This document shows, one piece after another, positions 48,196 through 60,660 of a stretch of 64,000 nucleotides of DNA. Source of the DNA: Ostrea edulis (lineage: Eukaryota); the NCBI RefSeq assembly GCF_947568905.1, contig NC_079168.1, positions 27,776,001 to 27,840,000 on the forward strand, written 5' to 3'. A program made the translations under genes and the position numbers. Position 1 is the stretch's first letter; the number at the start of each line of letters is the position of its first letter. Under the pieces are notes generated by a model that was given only the letters and a program-made list of their open reading frames with translations, did no database searches and was not told where the DNA came from.

Positions 48196-49643
48196 TGGTG
48201 ATCAATTCAATGAGACCAAGTGTGAGATTTAGGGGGTCTGGGGCTGAGATTTTTATCAATGTCTAAACAATCCAGTTTTTAAGAATTTTTCCATACAATG
48301 CTCATGTATGTGTTGTTGTTTTTTTAAACAAACATGCTTCTCCCTTTCAGATGAATGTAAAACCACTGGTTTCATTTAAGCTAACTCCATACTCACATTA
48401 TTATCCAATAAAAGTTTAGAAAGTGTATTTATTTCTATTTATTAGAGTTAAAACAAATAAATTATCATATAGAATATGTAAGTCATCACACTTTTTAAGA
48501 TGCGAGGCATACACATACAGAATCATATACCATCGTCAGAAAATTGCATTTTTCTGAAACAGCATTATCAAAATTTCACAAAAACTGATTATAACAATAT
48601 AATATTATTCATTACAATTTCAGGAAACCGTTTCCATACAAAAATATACAAAATGTCTGAAAAGTAAAGGAAATCTATTGCATTATGGACATGATAAAGA
48701 TTTCAATGAAAACAAGAGTTATTGCTCTTGGACTCAATATTTTGAAAAATATCAGTGACTATTCATGACTTTTGAAATATTTTATATTTATATAGGGAGT
48801 AAATGGCCCCTATTGATATTGAGGGCAAGGGTCAAACTGGATACAGTGAAATATTGTGTGCACAATATCTTGAGATCCCTTTGCTTGATAGATATATAAC
48901 TTGATACATTCTAAGGAGTACCGGTAGATGACCCCTATTTATTTCAAGATCAAGCTGCTATGAATATTTCAAATATGCCCGTTCAATTATCCATTGTACA
49001 TGTATTTAGAATCATTTGCTTGACAGGCATCAAACATGGTACTCTGGACTCGCCTAAAGAGTTAAGGTAACTCCCATTGGTTATCAAGTCACGAGGTCAA
49101 AGGCCATGGCAAAAATGACTGGTTATATTGATATCAAACTTATTGTTAGGGTTGATGGTCCAAAGCATGAGAATTTGTTACGCGCGCGTGAGAGCATAAG
49201 ATGGACTCAAAAAGCGTAAGACTCGCGCGCTAAGCGTGAGATATCATGGATATGAAACGCTATAAACTGCAATTTCAGTGACTGAGGTCGTCTGATACAA
49301 TGAAGCCCCGTCGTCATAACAAACCATTCTTTTGAACTTTTAGTTTGAGTCTCTAAGTTTAAACATGGACTCCACTTAAAATAAACCTCGGGGCATTTAT
49401 ACGCTATCCCACGAAACTTAATTACAAAATTTACCAATTACCAGGGTGTGCTTCGATTTTTTACAAATGTCAGACTTCTTAGAATTAAGCCATTTATTTG
49501 TAAAGTTCTAAAGGTTTTATTTTGCTTATAGCGCAAAGACGTAATAAATGCATAATTATGATGAGGTTTTATTTTACTTTTAGGGGCCTATATCAAAATT
49601 GTGAAGTTAATTATGGTCTGGGTTTCGCACCCCAGTGTAGAAC

Positions 49644-49680
<37 letters not shown>

Positions 49681-49977
49681 CTGTAAAATTTATCGTCGTG
49701 GATTTAGAATGGTGTATAGTGACATCAGACAAGCACATTTGGAAAAGAGAATTGAAAAATGGCCATCCCGTTCAAAGATACATGAATAGTGAAAATTAAA
49801 GCTTGATAAAATGGTCATCTTGGGGTGGGGTGGGGTAGATGAGATGTAATCGGGAGACAGGAAAGGTGGCGTTAGAAGACGATCAGAATACAATGCTGTA
49901 TCATCTTCCCAAACTAAAGGTTTCTAATCATGATCCGCTCCTCATAATGCTTGATGTGTAGCGGATCAGAAACACTT

Positions 49978-50238
49978 GGGTTGGTTGGTTGTATATTGTT
50001 TAACGTCCTTCTTGAGAATCTTTCACTCATATATCGAGACGTCACCATTACCGGTGAAGGGCTGCCAAATTTAGGCCTATGCTCGGTGCTTATGGCCATG
50101 GACCAGGGAGGGATCTCTATTGTGCCACATCTGCTGTGATACGGGGCCTTGGATTTTGTGGTCTCATCCGAAGGATCGCCCCCATGTAGTTGCCTCTTAC
50201 AAAACGCAAGGGGGTACTGATGACCTATCCTCACGGGG
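49978..50238 (-). mobile_element. SINE-like element, CCCGTGAGGATCC family
   Basis: Reverse-complement copy with (CAAC)n tail; the first head hairpin loop is deleted. Confidence 0.8.
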
Positions 50239-50471
50239 TTAGCACTGCATCAAACGTATCCCGGAGTGAAGCGTTCGTAACCAAATTATATATGTTTAAA
50301 ATTAATCTTATTTTTTATATTCAAATTTTATTTTCAATTCTGTCGTAATTCCCAGTCGTTAAATCAGACCTACTACATGTACATTTATGTGCAGATACAT
50401 GTAGTATGTCTGACTAACGCATTCACGAAGAAGTAGAGCTACTATCATTGCATATTGTAGAGATATGAAAG

Positions 50472-51308
50472 CAGGGGCGGATCAAGGCATTGCAGTTAGG
50501 GGCGCAACTTTATGAGGCTAGGGCCGCCTTGAGGCCCCCAGTGGATCCAGAACGAAGCCTTGGTGGGCCCCCTCAAAGCTAATGGATTTTACAGATTTTA
50601 TAGGGCTTGAAATATGTCTCCTATGTAGTAAATTTTACTATTTTCTGTCATTTTTAATTAGCTGAAATTAATTAAAATGACGCAAATTTGGAGTTTTATT
50701 TTTTTTTTGCTGATAAAAGTAATTCAATGTTGTCATTTGTTTCTCCGAGAGTGGAAGAAATTACTAGTATTGCTTTCTTTTCAGTATGGTTTACATATTT
50801 CTAAACAATATACATGTACTATGATTTAACTTAAAGAGTGGCGGATTTAAGGAGGGTCAGCCGGAGCCCCCCCCCCCCCTCCTAAATTTTTTCAAATTTA
50901 AGGCAAATCGTGGCTTAGAAAAATGTAAACTATAAAAGAAGCAATATATTCTTCCACTCTCGGAGAAATAAATGACACTTTTATTGGGAGAACTTACATT
51001 TTTTCCCCAAAAAAATCCTTAAAATTATCTTCAATAAACCATATTAAAAATGACAGAAAATAGTAAAATGACTGCATACGTGATATATTTCAAGCCCTAT
51101 AAATTCTGTAAAATCCAGGAGCTTCCGGGGACTTCGCCCCCCAGGCCCCCACCAGGGCTTCGTCCTGGACCCACTGGGGGCCTCAAGGCGGCCCCCAGAC
51201 CCCCTGCCTCATAAAGTTGCGCCACCCCCTAACCGTAATTTCTGGATCCGCCCCTGCTTAAATTTAAAAATTAGGGGGGGGGGGTGTTGAGCCTTAAATC
51301 CGCCACTG
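50472..51308. mobile_element. hAT-like MITE (5-bp TSD GAAAG) containing an inverted nested copy of itself (50836-51256, 6-bp TSD CTTAAA)
   Basis: Outer ends CAGGGGCGGATC / ATCCGCCACTG. Inner ends GAGTGGCGGATT / ATCCGCCCCTG. CTTAAA at 50830-50835 and 51257-51262. Confidence 0.75.
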
Positions 51309-52459
51309 GAAAGGCAAAAACAATGGAAATGTCAAAATTTTGTGGTGCAAGGTACAGATTGATAAATTTATATCTTATTGATATTTCCAATTAATCAGCT
51401 AGCTGCAGAACTGTAGCTCTCTGAAAAAATATTGTGACGGATCTGTTCCGTCACAATATTTTTTCAGAGAGCTACAGTTCTGCAGCTATTTTTGAGGTAT
51501 GGGGATTGAGAGAACTTGTCCGATGATGTAAATGTCCGTAAAAAAAAAATGAATATCAGTGAACTCATTCATGAAAGAATCAGGAAGAAATGAATTGCAA
51601 ATATGCATACACTGTATTGTGTATAACTCTCGTTTTGTATTCCTTAACTATTGTCATGCGTAATTATACTTTTATCAAAGGGATATAAATCCATATTTAA
51701 GCTAAGAGAAATTGTTTCCCTTTTGTATATTTACAATATTACAGTTTCACATCAAATCTTGTCCTCTGATGAATCGATAAACTTGAAACTAGAATTTCGT
51801 CGATATCTTCTTATAATCTAGATTTAATGAGAGCGAACTCTTTTAAGATTCTTCGAGCTAAAATAGAAGGTTCATTCTCTATTTCTGTCGGACCATCGAT
51901 CTTGGATATTTCAATTATGACTGAAATTTTATTAAGTAAAAAGTGAATCATGTTGTCAGTGTTGGTGGTATTTTTTCAGCTTAACAATTCATTTGTAATA
52001 CTGTAAAGACATTTATGTATAGCTGATAGGGTGATGCTCCGTTTGGGCACAATATTGCTCCATTATAAGAATGAATCGTAACACCTTTGTCAGGGATTAG
52101 AATGGTCATTTATTGAGGAAATAGATGACAAGAGTATTTTAACATATATACAAAAGGATGTGTAAAGAAATAATTGAAATAATTATGTTATCGAATTCAA
52201 TCAATCGAAGGGTCAACTTTCTATAAAGATATTCCATAAAATAAAATGACCTAAATGTTTCTTTTCTTCTGAAGATAATGTTCATCTTTTTATTTTTCAT
52301 TAAAAAATAAATATTTGCAATGTAAGAAGATCTTTGATATTCATTTCGTAGGTATTTGAATAAAAATAAGTATCAAAATATGAATGAAATTAAATTATAT
52401 TCAAAATATAAAATCTCTAAAATTTAATTTTCAAAAAATCCAAAATTATCTTTTACATG

Positions 52460-52465
<6 letters not shown>

Positions 52466-52515
<50 letters not shown>
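52466..52515. repeat. (TA)n microsatellite
   Basis: Pure TA run. Confidence 0.95.
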
Positions 52516-52520
<5 letters not shown>

Positions 52521-53514
52521 GAAAATATTCACGCGCATCCATTAAAAACCGACAAGATTCAATATAATCGATACCTGTTACTTATAGCAGCGGATGTGAA
52601 CGGCAAACAGCACTTCGCGTGAACAGACTGGCGGTAATTAATTCTGATTGACAAAATCCTGATTATGAGAATACCAAAGTAAAAGTTGGGCACTTCCCAT
52701 TGTTTGATCAGTTTTGTTAGCTGTGTTGTAAATAACAATGGAGATATGTCCTATCGATTTCTGTTGCTTTTTATTAATATCACACTGGATTTAATAAACT
52801 CACGGAATCACAAAGCTTGATAAAGGCTTCCTTCTCTATACCTGATTTCGGGTGTGCATGCTATAATACTTGATTAGCGAGCAGAATTAGTAGCTGTGTT
52901 TCGGAATAGTTGTCTGTCCATTGTGTTGATTTAGTTCTAGACAAAGTCAGGTACTCTTCCTTCGATCTCTACTACACGACAATGATTCACCTCGCCAGTT
53001 TAGAAACGTACACATTCTTAAACAATGGATGCATGTAACCTTCAAGGTGCAGAGAAGAAGAGGTTTTAGAAGATAGATAATTGTATGGGTTTTGTTTGTT
53101 TGTTTGTTTGTTTTGGGGGAGTTTTGTTTGTGTTTTGGTTTGTTTGTTTTTAAGGTGAGGTTATTGTTGTGTGGTTTTTTTAGGGGGTGGGGTGGAGGTG
53201 GGTGGGTTGGTTTTTTCATTTTATAAATTCATTTGAATACAAATTGCAATGCGATATACACATTAATCATAAATTGTAAATTCATGTCTGCAAGCTGTGT
53301 ATAATAGAAACGTATTTACTTTAGTGATTAAGTAGAATCCGTAATCAGGATCAAGAGGGGGTACAAGGGTTTCAACCCCCCCCCCTTTTTTTTTATTGAA
53401 TGTTTTTAACGTGGATGAAAGATTTCATTTAAAGTTTCTTTTTAGGTGAATTTTCTAGACGATATCAAAGCGCCGAAAGTACCGAGAAGCGCTAGGCGTG
53501 GTTTTCACTATATC

Positions 53515-54035
53515 TAGAGTAATCCGTAGTCAAATTCAGTGTGTAAATAACGGTCTAACAGTCAGACAGCATTTGGCCCAATAACAGGTTGCATTGGTAC
53601 ATTATATCGTTATGACGACCATAGCATTTGCGAAATGCTGATTTGAAACAAGACTGTTAAAATCCCTGTAACATCAACTTACTATTCAGCAGCTAGCTTC
53701 GAATTAAAAACTGATCATACGCAGAACATGCTCTTGTGTATTGAATCAGGTGAGAGACATTTTAAACACCATATGCAGGTGATGATCGAATATTGGTAGA
53801 TAAATATGGGAAGTTGACGATGGAGAAGCTGAAATCATCCCGTTTGTCATACAGTTGAGTTGTCAGTTTGCCGTTAATGTCTACTTTCAATAAAATATCC
53901 AAGTATGAAGCAGAAGTGGACGACTCTGTGGTGTCCTTTATTTCGAGCTCACAGGGATATATTAAATCGACATATGAATGAAAACTATCATTGTTAATAG
54001 ACAAAACGTCATCGATATATCTAAAAGTCGAATTG
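53515..54035 (-). mobile_element. Inverted 3' RT segment of the Naiad-like element
   Basis: Minus-strand FRYIDDVLSINNDSFHSYVDLIYPCELEIKDTTES…YDKRDDFSFSIVNFPYLS, with internal deletions. Confidence 0.85.
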
Positions 54036-54169
54036 AGTTGTTAGTTTGACATTAATATCTATGATTAATAAAATTTTCAAGTATGAAACGATTTTATATC
54101 TTGTAAATGAACAATTGATGTCGTTGTTCAATCAAGTTCGACCCTTTATTTAAGAATGACTCGTATATA

Positions 54170-56157
54170 CTTTGCAGTGCCTAGATATAGACCATGTTAT
54201 ACGCGATCCACCACCGTGTTCTTGTTCTTCATCTTCTTTCAACTATAGTCCAGCTGTAGATGTCATTACTGGTGATGTTGATATAGTTGAAAATGAGGAC
54301 CTCAAATCACTTATTCTAAAAGGTCCTAAATACAGAAAGCCTCGGTCTTTTAATTGGCAACAGAACTTCATATCTATTATGAATTATGTCGAAGATTATG
54401 CCAGACAATGGGCTAAATATGAAAAAGAAGAACTTGATACAGTGTCAGAATGTGTTGAAAGCATAAGAGGAATATTAAAATCCCGCATTAGACATATGAA
54501 AACAAAAGTACGTACCATCTATCCTTCTGTGTTTAGTAAACCAGAAGTGATAAAAGAATTAGATAGGTTACATGAGGAATATGTTTTGGTTCCAGCTGAC
54601 AAAGCTAGTAACAACATTGTCTTTGTTTGTAAGGCTCATTATTACAACTGTATTTTCAACGAACTTGGCATTAATTCCACTTTTGGTAATCGTGCTTATA
54701 CTCCAACTGCCCTTTCAAAAGATGAAGTTCTTCAAAACCATGCTTCAGTTTTAGACACATTTAATATCCCAATCAATGGGTCGAATGAATATGAGTTACC
54801 GTACCTATACTGGATTCCTAAACTACATAAAAACCCTTACAAAGATACATTGCTGGATCCAGTAAGTGCTCTACCAAGCCCCTATCTTTGCTCCTCACGA
54901 AAATATTAACAGCTATGAAGGAGAAACTTCAAACTTACTGTGCGACTACATATGCCAGAAGTGGTGTTAATCAAATGTGGATTCTAAAAAATTCTAAAGA
55001 ACTTTTAGTAAACTTGAAATCGCAGAATTTTCCCCAAATCAATAACATTAAAACCTATGACTTTTCAACACTATACACGACCATTCCTCGCGATAAATTA
55101 AAGACTAGACTTTTTGACATCATAGACAGTTGCTTCTTCAACAAAAATGAAAAACGGAAATATTCATATCCAGTGATCAGTCATTCAAAAACTTACCTTG
55201 TTAAACACCATTCTGATTCCCCGCACAAGTACTCTGAAGTTGAAATAAAAAATATGCTAGAGTTCCTCATTGACAAATATCTTCGTGGTCTTTGGTGATC
55301 AGGTCTTCCAACAGTCTGTTGGAATTCCCATGGGCACGAATTGTGCTCGTTTGTTAGCTGGCCTATTTCTATATTCATATGAAGCAGAATTTATTCAAAA
55401 ACTTCTACGTGAGAAGAATAAATCTCTCGCTGTGGCCTTCAATTCGACATTTCGATGACGTTTTGTCTATTAACAATAATGACTTTCATTCATACGTCGA
55501 TTTGATATATCCCTGTGAGCTCGAAGTAAAGGACACCACAGAATCGTCCACTTCTGTTTCGTACTTAGATATTTTATCAAAAGTAGACATTAACTGCAAA
55601 CTGACAACTCAACTGTATGACAAACGGGATGATTTCAGCTTCTCCATCGTCAACCTCCAATATTTAAGTAACAATATTCCATTATCACCTGCATATGGTT
55701 TTTATATATCTCAACTGATTCGATATGCAAGAGCTTGTTCTGCGTATAGTCAGTATCTAAATCGAGGTAAGCTACTGACAAACAAGTTGATGGTACAGGG
55801 CTTTCAACAGTCTCGACTGAAGTCAGCATTTCGAAAATTCTATGGTCGTTATAACGATCTATTTCGTCAATACAACCTATCATTGGGTCAAATGCTGTCT
55901 GACGTGTTTCATACCGATTGTTAAGCCGTTCTTGGTACACTGATTTTGACTGCGGATAACTCCGTTTACCTTAACAGGATATAGGGCTCACGGCGGGTGT
56001 GGCCGGTCGACAGGGGATGCTTACTCCTCCTAGTTTATAGGCACCTGATCCCACCTCTGGTGTGCCCAGGGGTCCGTGCATTTTGTCCAACTTTCTATTT
56101 TGTATTGCTTGTAGGAGTTATGAGATTGATCACTGTTCGTTATCTTCACCTTTCATT
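54170..56157 (+). mobile_element. 5'-truncated Penelope-like retroelement (Naiad/Chlamys-like) with disrupted RT
   Basis: Motifs LKGPKYR, VPADKASNN, LYWIPKLHK, YDFSTLYTTIP, GIPMGTNC, (YI)DDVL, YLDI, LYDKRDDF, SQLIRYARAC. ORF stops at 55924 with no GIY-YIG. Frameshifts near 54845, 55277 and 55455 (the last deletes part of YIDD). Confidence 0.85.
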
Positions 56158-59100
56158 GGGAGAAATGACCGTATTTTGCAATGATATGCATTGTACATGC
56201 AATGTATTATCCTTTAGGGCTTTTTATCGGAATGAACTACAAACTCGTGTGAAAAACATACCTTTTTATCAATAAGATTTAAGGAGAATAATGCCTGATC
56301 TTTTCCTCAGTGTTTTCACACAGTACCATTAGGAACAAAATATCTCTTTAAAGGAACATAACAAACCAGTAAGTGAAATAATAGTATCAGCCACACGGGC
56401 AGTTTTTGTACATAAATCAGAAGTTGATATAAACTTTTTAATTTGTGGAATGTTTAATTTTACAGCATTTCTATCAGGGAATTGGTGCTTTTCAAATAGT
56501 GGTATCTGTTTCTGTGTAGTGTGAATAGTTTTTGATTTTCTACGGTATATTTTGGGGAAAGAATGCGATTTTTCAGTTGACTTGTTTCTATCGTATTTCT
56601 GGATGGAAAGTAGGGAGGAGATTTACTATGAATCCTAGAGCAGGATAAGACATTGCTTAGAGATACGGCGATTAGTGTTCTTGCTAGATATTATTGTGGT
56701 AGGTAACATTAGATGTAAAATACGTGGATTTTATTCTGTCCCTGAGGTGTGCCTCCCTACCATTACTAATCCCAAACAACAATGCATTGTAGGGGCATTC
56801 ACAGGGGCTAAGCCCGTTTTGGGCCCGAACTCTGTGATACCATAAATATAGAAATTCAAAAAAACTGCAGAAGTTAGTTTGCTGCCCAATCCCATAAATT
56901 TATTCAATAAATATTCTTTAAATTTAATCATTTTTTTTTTTTTGCTACATGTACAAATGATATGCAAGTGCTACCAAAGTTGGATTCTTATGATAAATGT
57001 GTTAAACATGAACCATCAACTCAGGATGAATATGTCGTCACAAAAGTTATAGTTCTTGAACTTTTTTCGTATTGTGAAAGTTATTACATCATTTATGATA
57101 AATCCTCGTGTAAATGTAACTACGAACTTATGGTCTGCGTTAATGCATCAGTTTAATGTGATTGGCTGATAGCAATATCACGTGATATGTGCATGACGAT
57201 GCGAAAGGACAACAAAAACATGGAAATTATTAGTGGTCAAAGCATTCGATGAAAAACAATATGTAGATGGTTTATACTATAACATTTACCGATACAAATG
57301 CATAATACAGACTTTAGATAGAGTAATTAACGCAGACAATGACAAAAATTACGATGTTTCATTATTCATATAACGGGCTAAATTAATGGCGAAAGTCTTC
57401 AAAATCGATGAAAATTTAACCTCCACTTTGTGAATGATATAATGGCTTTATCAATATGTCATCTGACGGTAGCAAAGTAAGTACTGGCATAAATATTGTA
57501 ACAATAATGTCACAAAATTGTAGGTGGAATTAGATGAAAACAAATGTTTCTGAAAACATTGATTAATTTTCTATCTGTTTGAGTTGTGAGGAGATTTGTT
57601 GACTTTGATTCAGATAAAATCATCAATGTCTCTTGAATATTCATGAAAACAATTCTTCAAATAAACAACTCCATTATCCACGTTGATGCCGGTGAGTGCG
57701 GCCCAAAGTGTACCGCTAATTCCTTGGCATTTCCTTCTCCGCCCAGTCATCACAGATCTTGTCACGAGTGGGAGATAAGTGAACACAACTCAGATTTCGG
57801 ATATTTTTAAATTCCAGTTTTTTAAGAATTGATCTGGTATACTTCACGGTAGAGTTTGAAAGTGCCTGATCAATGGAATCGATGATTGAAGCGGCCCGTC
57901 GGGAGTCTATATGATAAGCAGGTGACTGACAGTCATTTTTGAGTACTGATGCTGCGGGGTAAGTCGGACTTTTCTGTGTTTTTATCGGTCGCCATTCCTT
58001 CGCTTAATGCTTAAATAAGAAAATGCAATTTCATAAACTGTTTTTTATATAGGTGATCATTGAATAAAAGAAATTTTAAAAATGTTTGAAATAAAATTAT
58101 AAAAACGATAATGTTAAGAATAAAGCAATGGGTTAACCAGGAGATATAAGTTTATAGAGATTCTCTATTTAAAGCTTGCGTGTCGTTTTCAGGATGGATT
58201 GTAACCGTGTAACGCACGCAACTCCCCTGAATCTTTTCTGAAATGGGTCCAAAATGGGATCATTTATGTAGTGAAGTATTGTTTATGCCGTGATTAGTAG
58301 TACACTCAGCCTCTGAATTATAGAACTGGGATACACTGGACAGTCACTCGTACTTTAGATTTACACTCCCAATGATTGGTGTAAGGTTGAAACCGGTTGC
58401 TTTATTCAGAACTGTTTCTTATGCAATGTTCATGTGGGGCAACTAAAATTAATCGCGACGACTTTATTTCGCGTTTTACCGGAGAAAATCTTATTTACGG
58501 TAACTAATTTTCGCGATCGAGATTATCTTAAACAATTACGAGATATTAGAGGATTAGTTTGTGGCAAGAAATATTTTTCACCCGCGAATACAAGTTGGTT
58601 TACAAGATCTATATTCTATAAGAAACATCCTATATCGGCATGTTTTATTTTAGATGGTCTTTTTTAGGGATAACATGAAAACAACCTCCGCACAGCTAGG
58701 TGACTCTCATTGGATTCATTTAATCAGCACGCGTCAGTATTCACACACTAGCTGCCATTTCATTCTGAAATTCAGAAAACTATCACGGTGTTAGTGTTAC
58801 AATCAGAATTGAACAGGTCGCGTATAAGAGTCTCCAAACCTCGTGTACGACATGTAACACGGAATACTAATACTCTAAATGTTGACCGTTGTCACAGATA
58901 ATTTGAGCACAAAACCACCATTCACTATTTAGTTATATCTGATAAAATGGAACTAGACATTTACATGATTTCGATATTCATCCAATCTATTTTAATTGTT
59001 TCATCGATCGTATCCCTGGTTTAAATTGTCTCTAATTAACGACAAAGGCCAGCTACCTTTGAAAAAATAACGATTGCAAATATAAAATTATGCTATAAAT

Positions 59101-59386
59101 GTCACACATTCACCTTCACCCAATACGATCATTTCGGTTTATGAATTACAAGACCCAGCATTTTTCTCCTATTCATCCTTCTATTTTGTCTAAATAATGT
59201 TTTTATTTTCTATGAAAGCACTACGATACTTTAATTTGTAAAAGCATTTTATAATCATTCATCAATCGTCGTCAAATAAGTGACATGTGTGCAGTTAACT
59301 TAACCTTCAAGGCCAATGTTTCCCTCTATTGATTTATTGCATTGTTGGGGTAGAGCGCCTACCAAAATACGGGACTTCGTGGAGTT

Positions 59387-59760
59387 TTAACTCACCTGAA
59401 ATGAAAGCTCAAGTGAGCTATTCTGATCACCCTTTGTCTGTCGTCTGTCTGTCCGTAAATTTTTCACATTTTCATCTTCTACAGAACCACTCGACCAATT
59501 TCAATCAAACGTGGTATAAATCATCCTTGGGTGAGGGATTCAAGTTTGTTCAAATGAAGGGCCATGTCCCCTTCATAGGAAGACAATCACGAAAATGCAA
59601 AAATGGGGTGGGGTCTTTTAAAAATCTCTTTCTCCAGAACCGCTAGACCAGGGAAGTTGAATTTTACATGAAAGCTTTCTGACATAGTGCAGATTCTAGT
59701 TTGTTAAAATCATGGCCACCAATTGCAGGGTGGGGCCATAATAGGGGATCAATATTTTCC
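59387..59760 (+). mobile_element. Truncated HINE (5' end plus about one satellite unit)
   Basis: TTTTAACTCACCTGAAATGAAAGCTCAAGTGAGC, (GTCT)n, then a unit homologous to 42380-42640. Confidence 0.75.
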
Positions 59761-60014
59761 ATGGGAATAAAGATTGATAAAATATCTTTTTAAAATCACA
59801 AAAATTGAACAACGGCAGGACAGCGTATCTTGATTCCGATCAAAGATCATTGTTGAAAAAAGAAATTGTGCAAAACCTTGTAATGGAGAGGCACTGCAAA
59901 ATAAAAAGATTTCTCCCATTAGATGAAGCGATTACAAGGTGAAATATACACTAATTAAATTACAATATCGGATACCATTTCATACCCTGAGATAGCTAAG
60001 ACAACAATATCTTA

Positions 60015-60175
60015 AGCAGGCGTGACACGAAAAAGATCCCTCTCTGCTTAAAGGCCGTAAGCGCAGTGCATAGGCCTAAATTCTGCAGTCCTTCATCGGT
60101 CTTGGTGGCTTCTCCATATGAGTGAAAAATTCTCGAGTGAGACGTTAAACAATATACAACCAACAAACACACAAC
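60015..60175 (-). mobile_element. 5'-truncated SINE-like element, CCCGTGAGGATCC family
   Basis: Core AAAGATCCCTCTCTGCTTAAAGGCC…TAGGCCTAAATT and CAAC tail. The sequence reads in the same sense as the + copies, so the strand call is tentative. Confidence 0.55.
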
Positions 60176-60489
60176 AAAGTCCAGACGCATCTTACACATG
60201 CGCACTTTGTGTTATTGTGACGCCATATAAACTTTACTATCTGAACACTGAGACATCCTTAGATTACGGCAGATATTCAGGCAGTTTGAGATGAAGTGTA
60301 GATCTTCAAGCACCTGCAAAAATCTGTCGACATTTCTCAACTGATTAATATTAGGAAAATTTGGAATCACATAGATAAATCGGTTGGACTTTATTTACTC
60401 TTTTGATACCATCTGTTGAAGACAAGATATGGTTTTTTGGGGGTTTTTTTCATGTAAAAGCTTTTAAATAAATTCTACCTCTTAAAAAT

Positions 60490-60660
60490 ACAGAAAGAGA
60501 ACAGCTAATAAAGGAGCACAATTCGTACCCATGGGAATTCCAATAGACTGCTGGAAGACCTGATCACCAGAGACTACTAAGATATTGTCAATGAGAAACT
60601 CCGGCATCTTTTTGTTTTTAAATCAACTTCAGAGTACTTGTGTGCAGAATCAGATTGGTT
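60490..60660 (-). mobile_element. RT fragment of the Naiad-like element
   Basis: Minus strand encodes SDSAHKYSEVD…EFLIDNILVVSGDQVFQQSIGIPMGTNC. Confidence 0.8.

Noticed and set aside
55925-56157. SECIS or HDV-like ribozyme in the retroelement 3' UTR
   Set aside because: The ATGA lacks a matching apical AA loop and GA quartet; the partial HDV P1-like pairing lacks P1.1 and J4/2; no in-frame Sec TGA is seen in the retained ORF.
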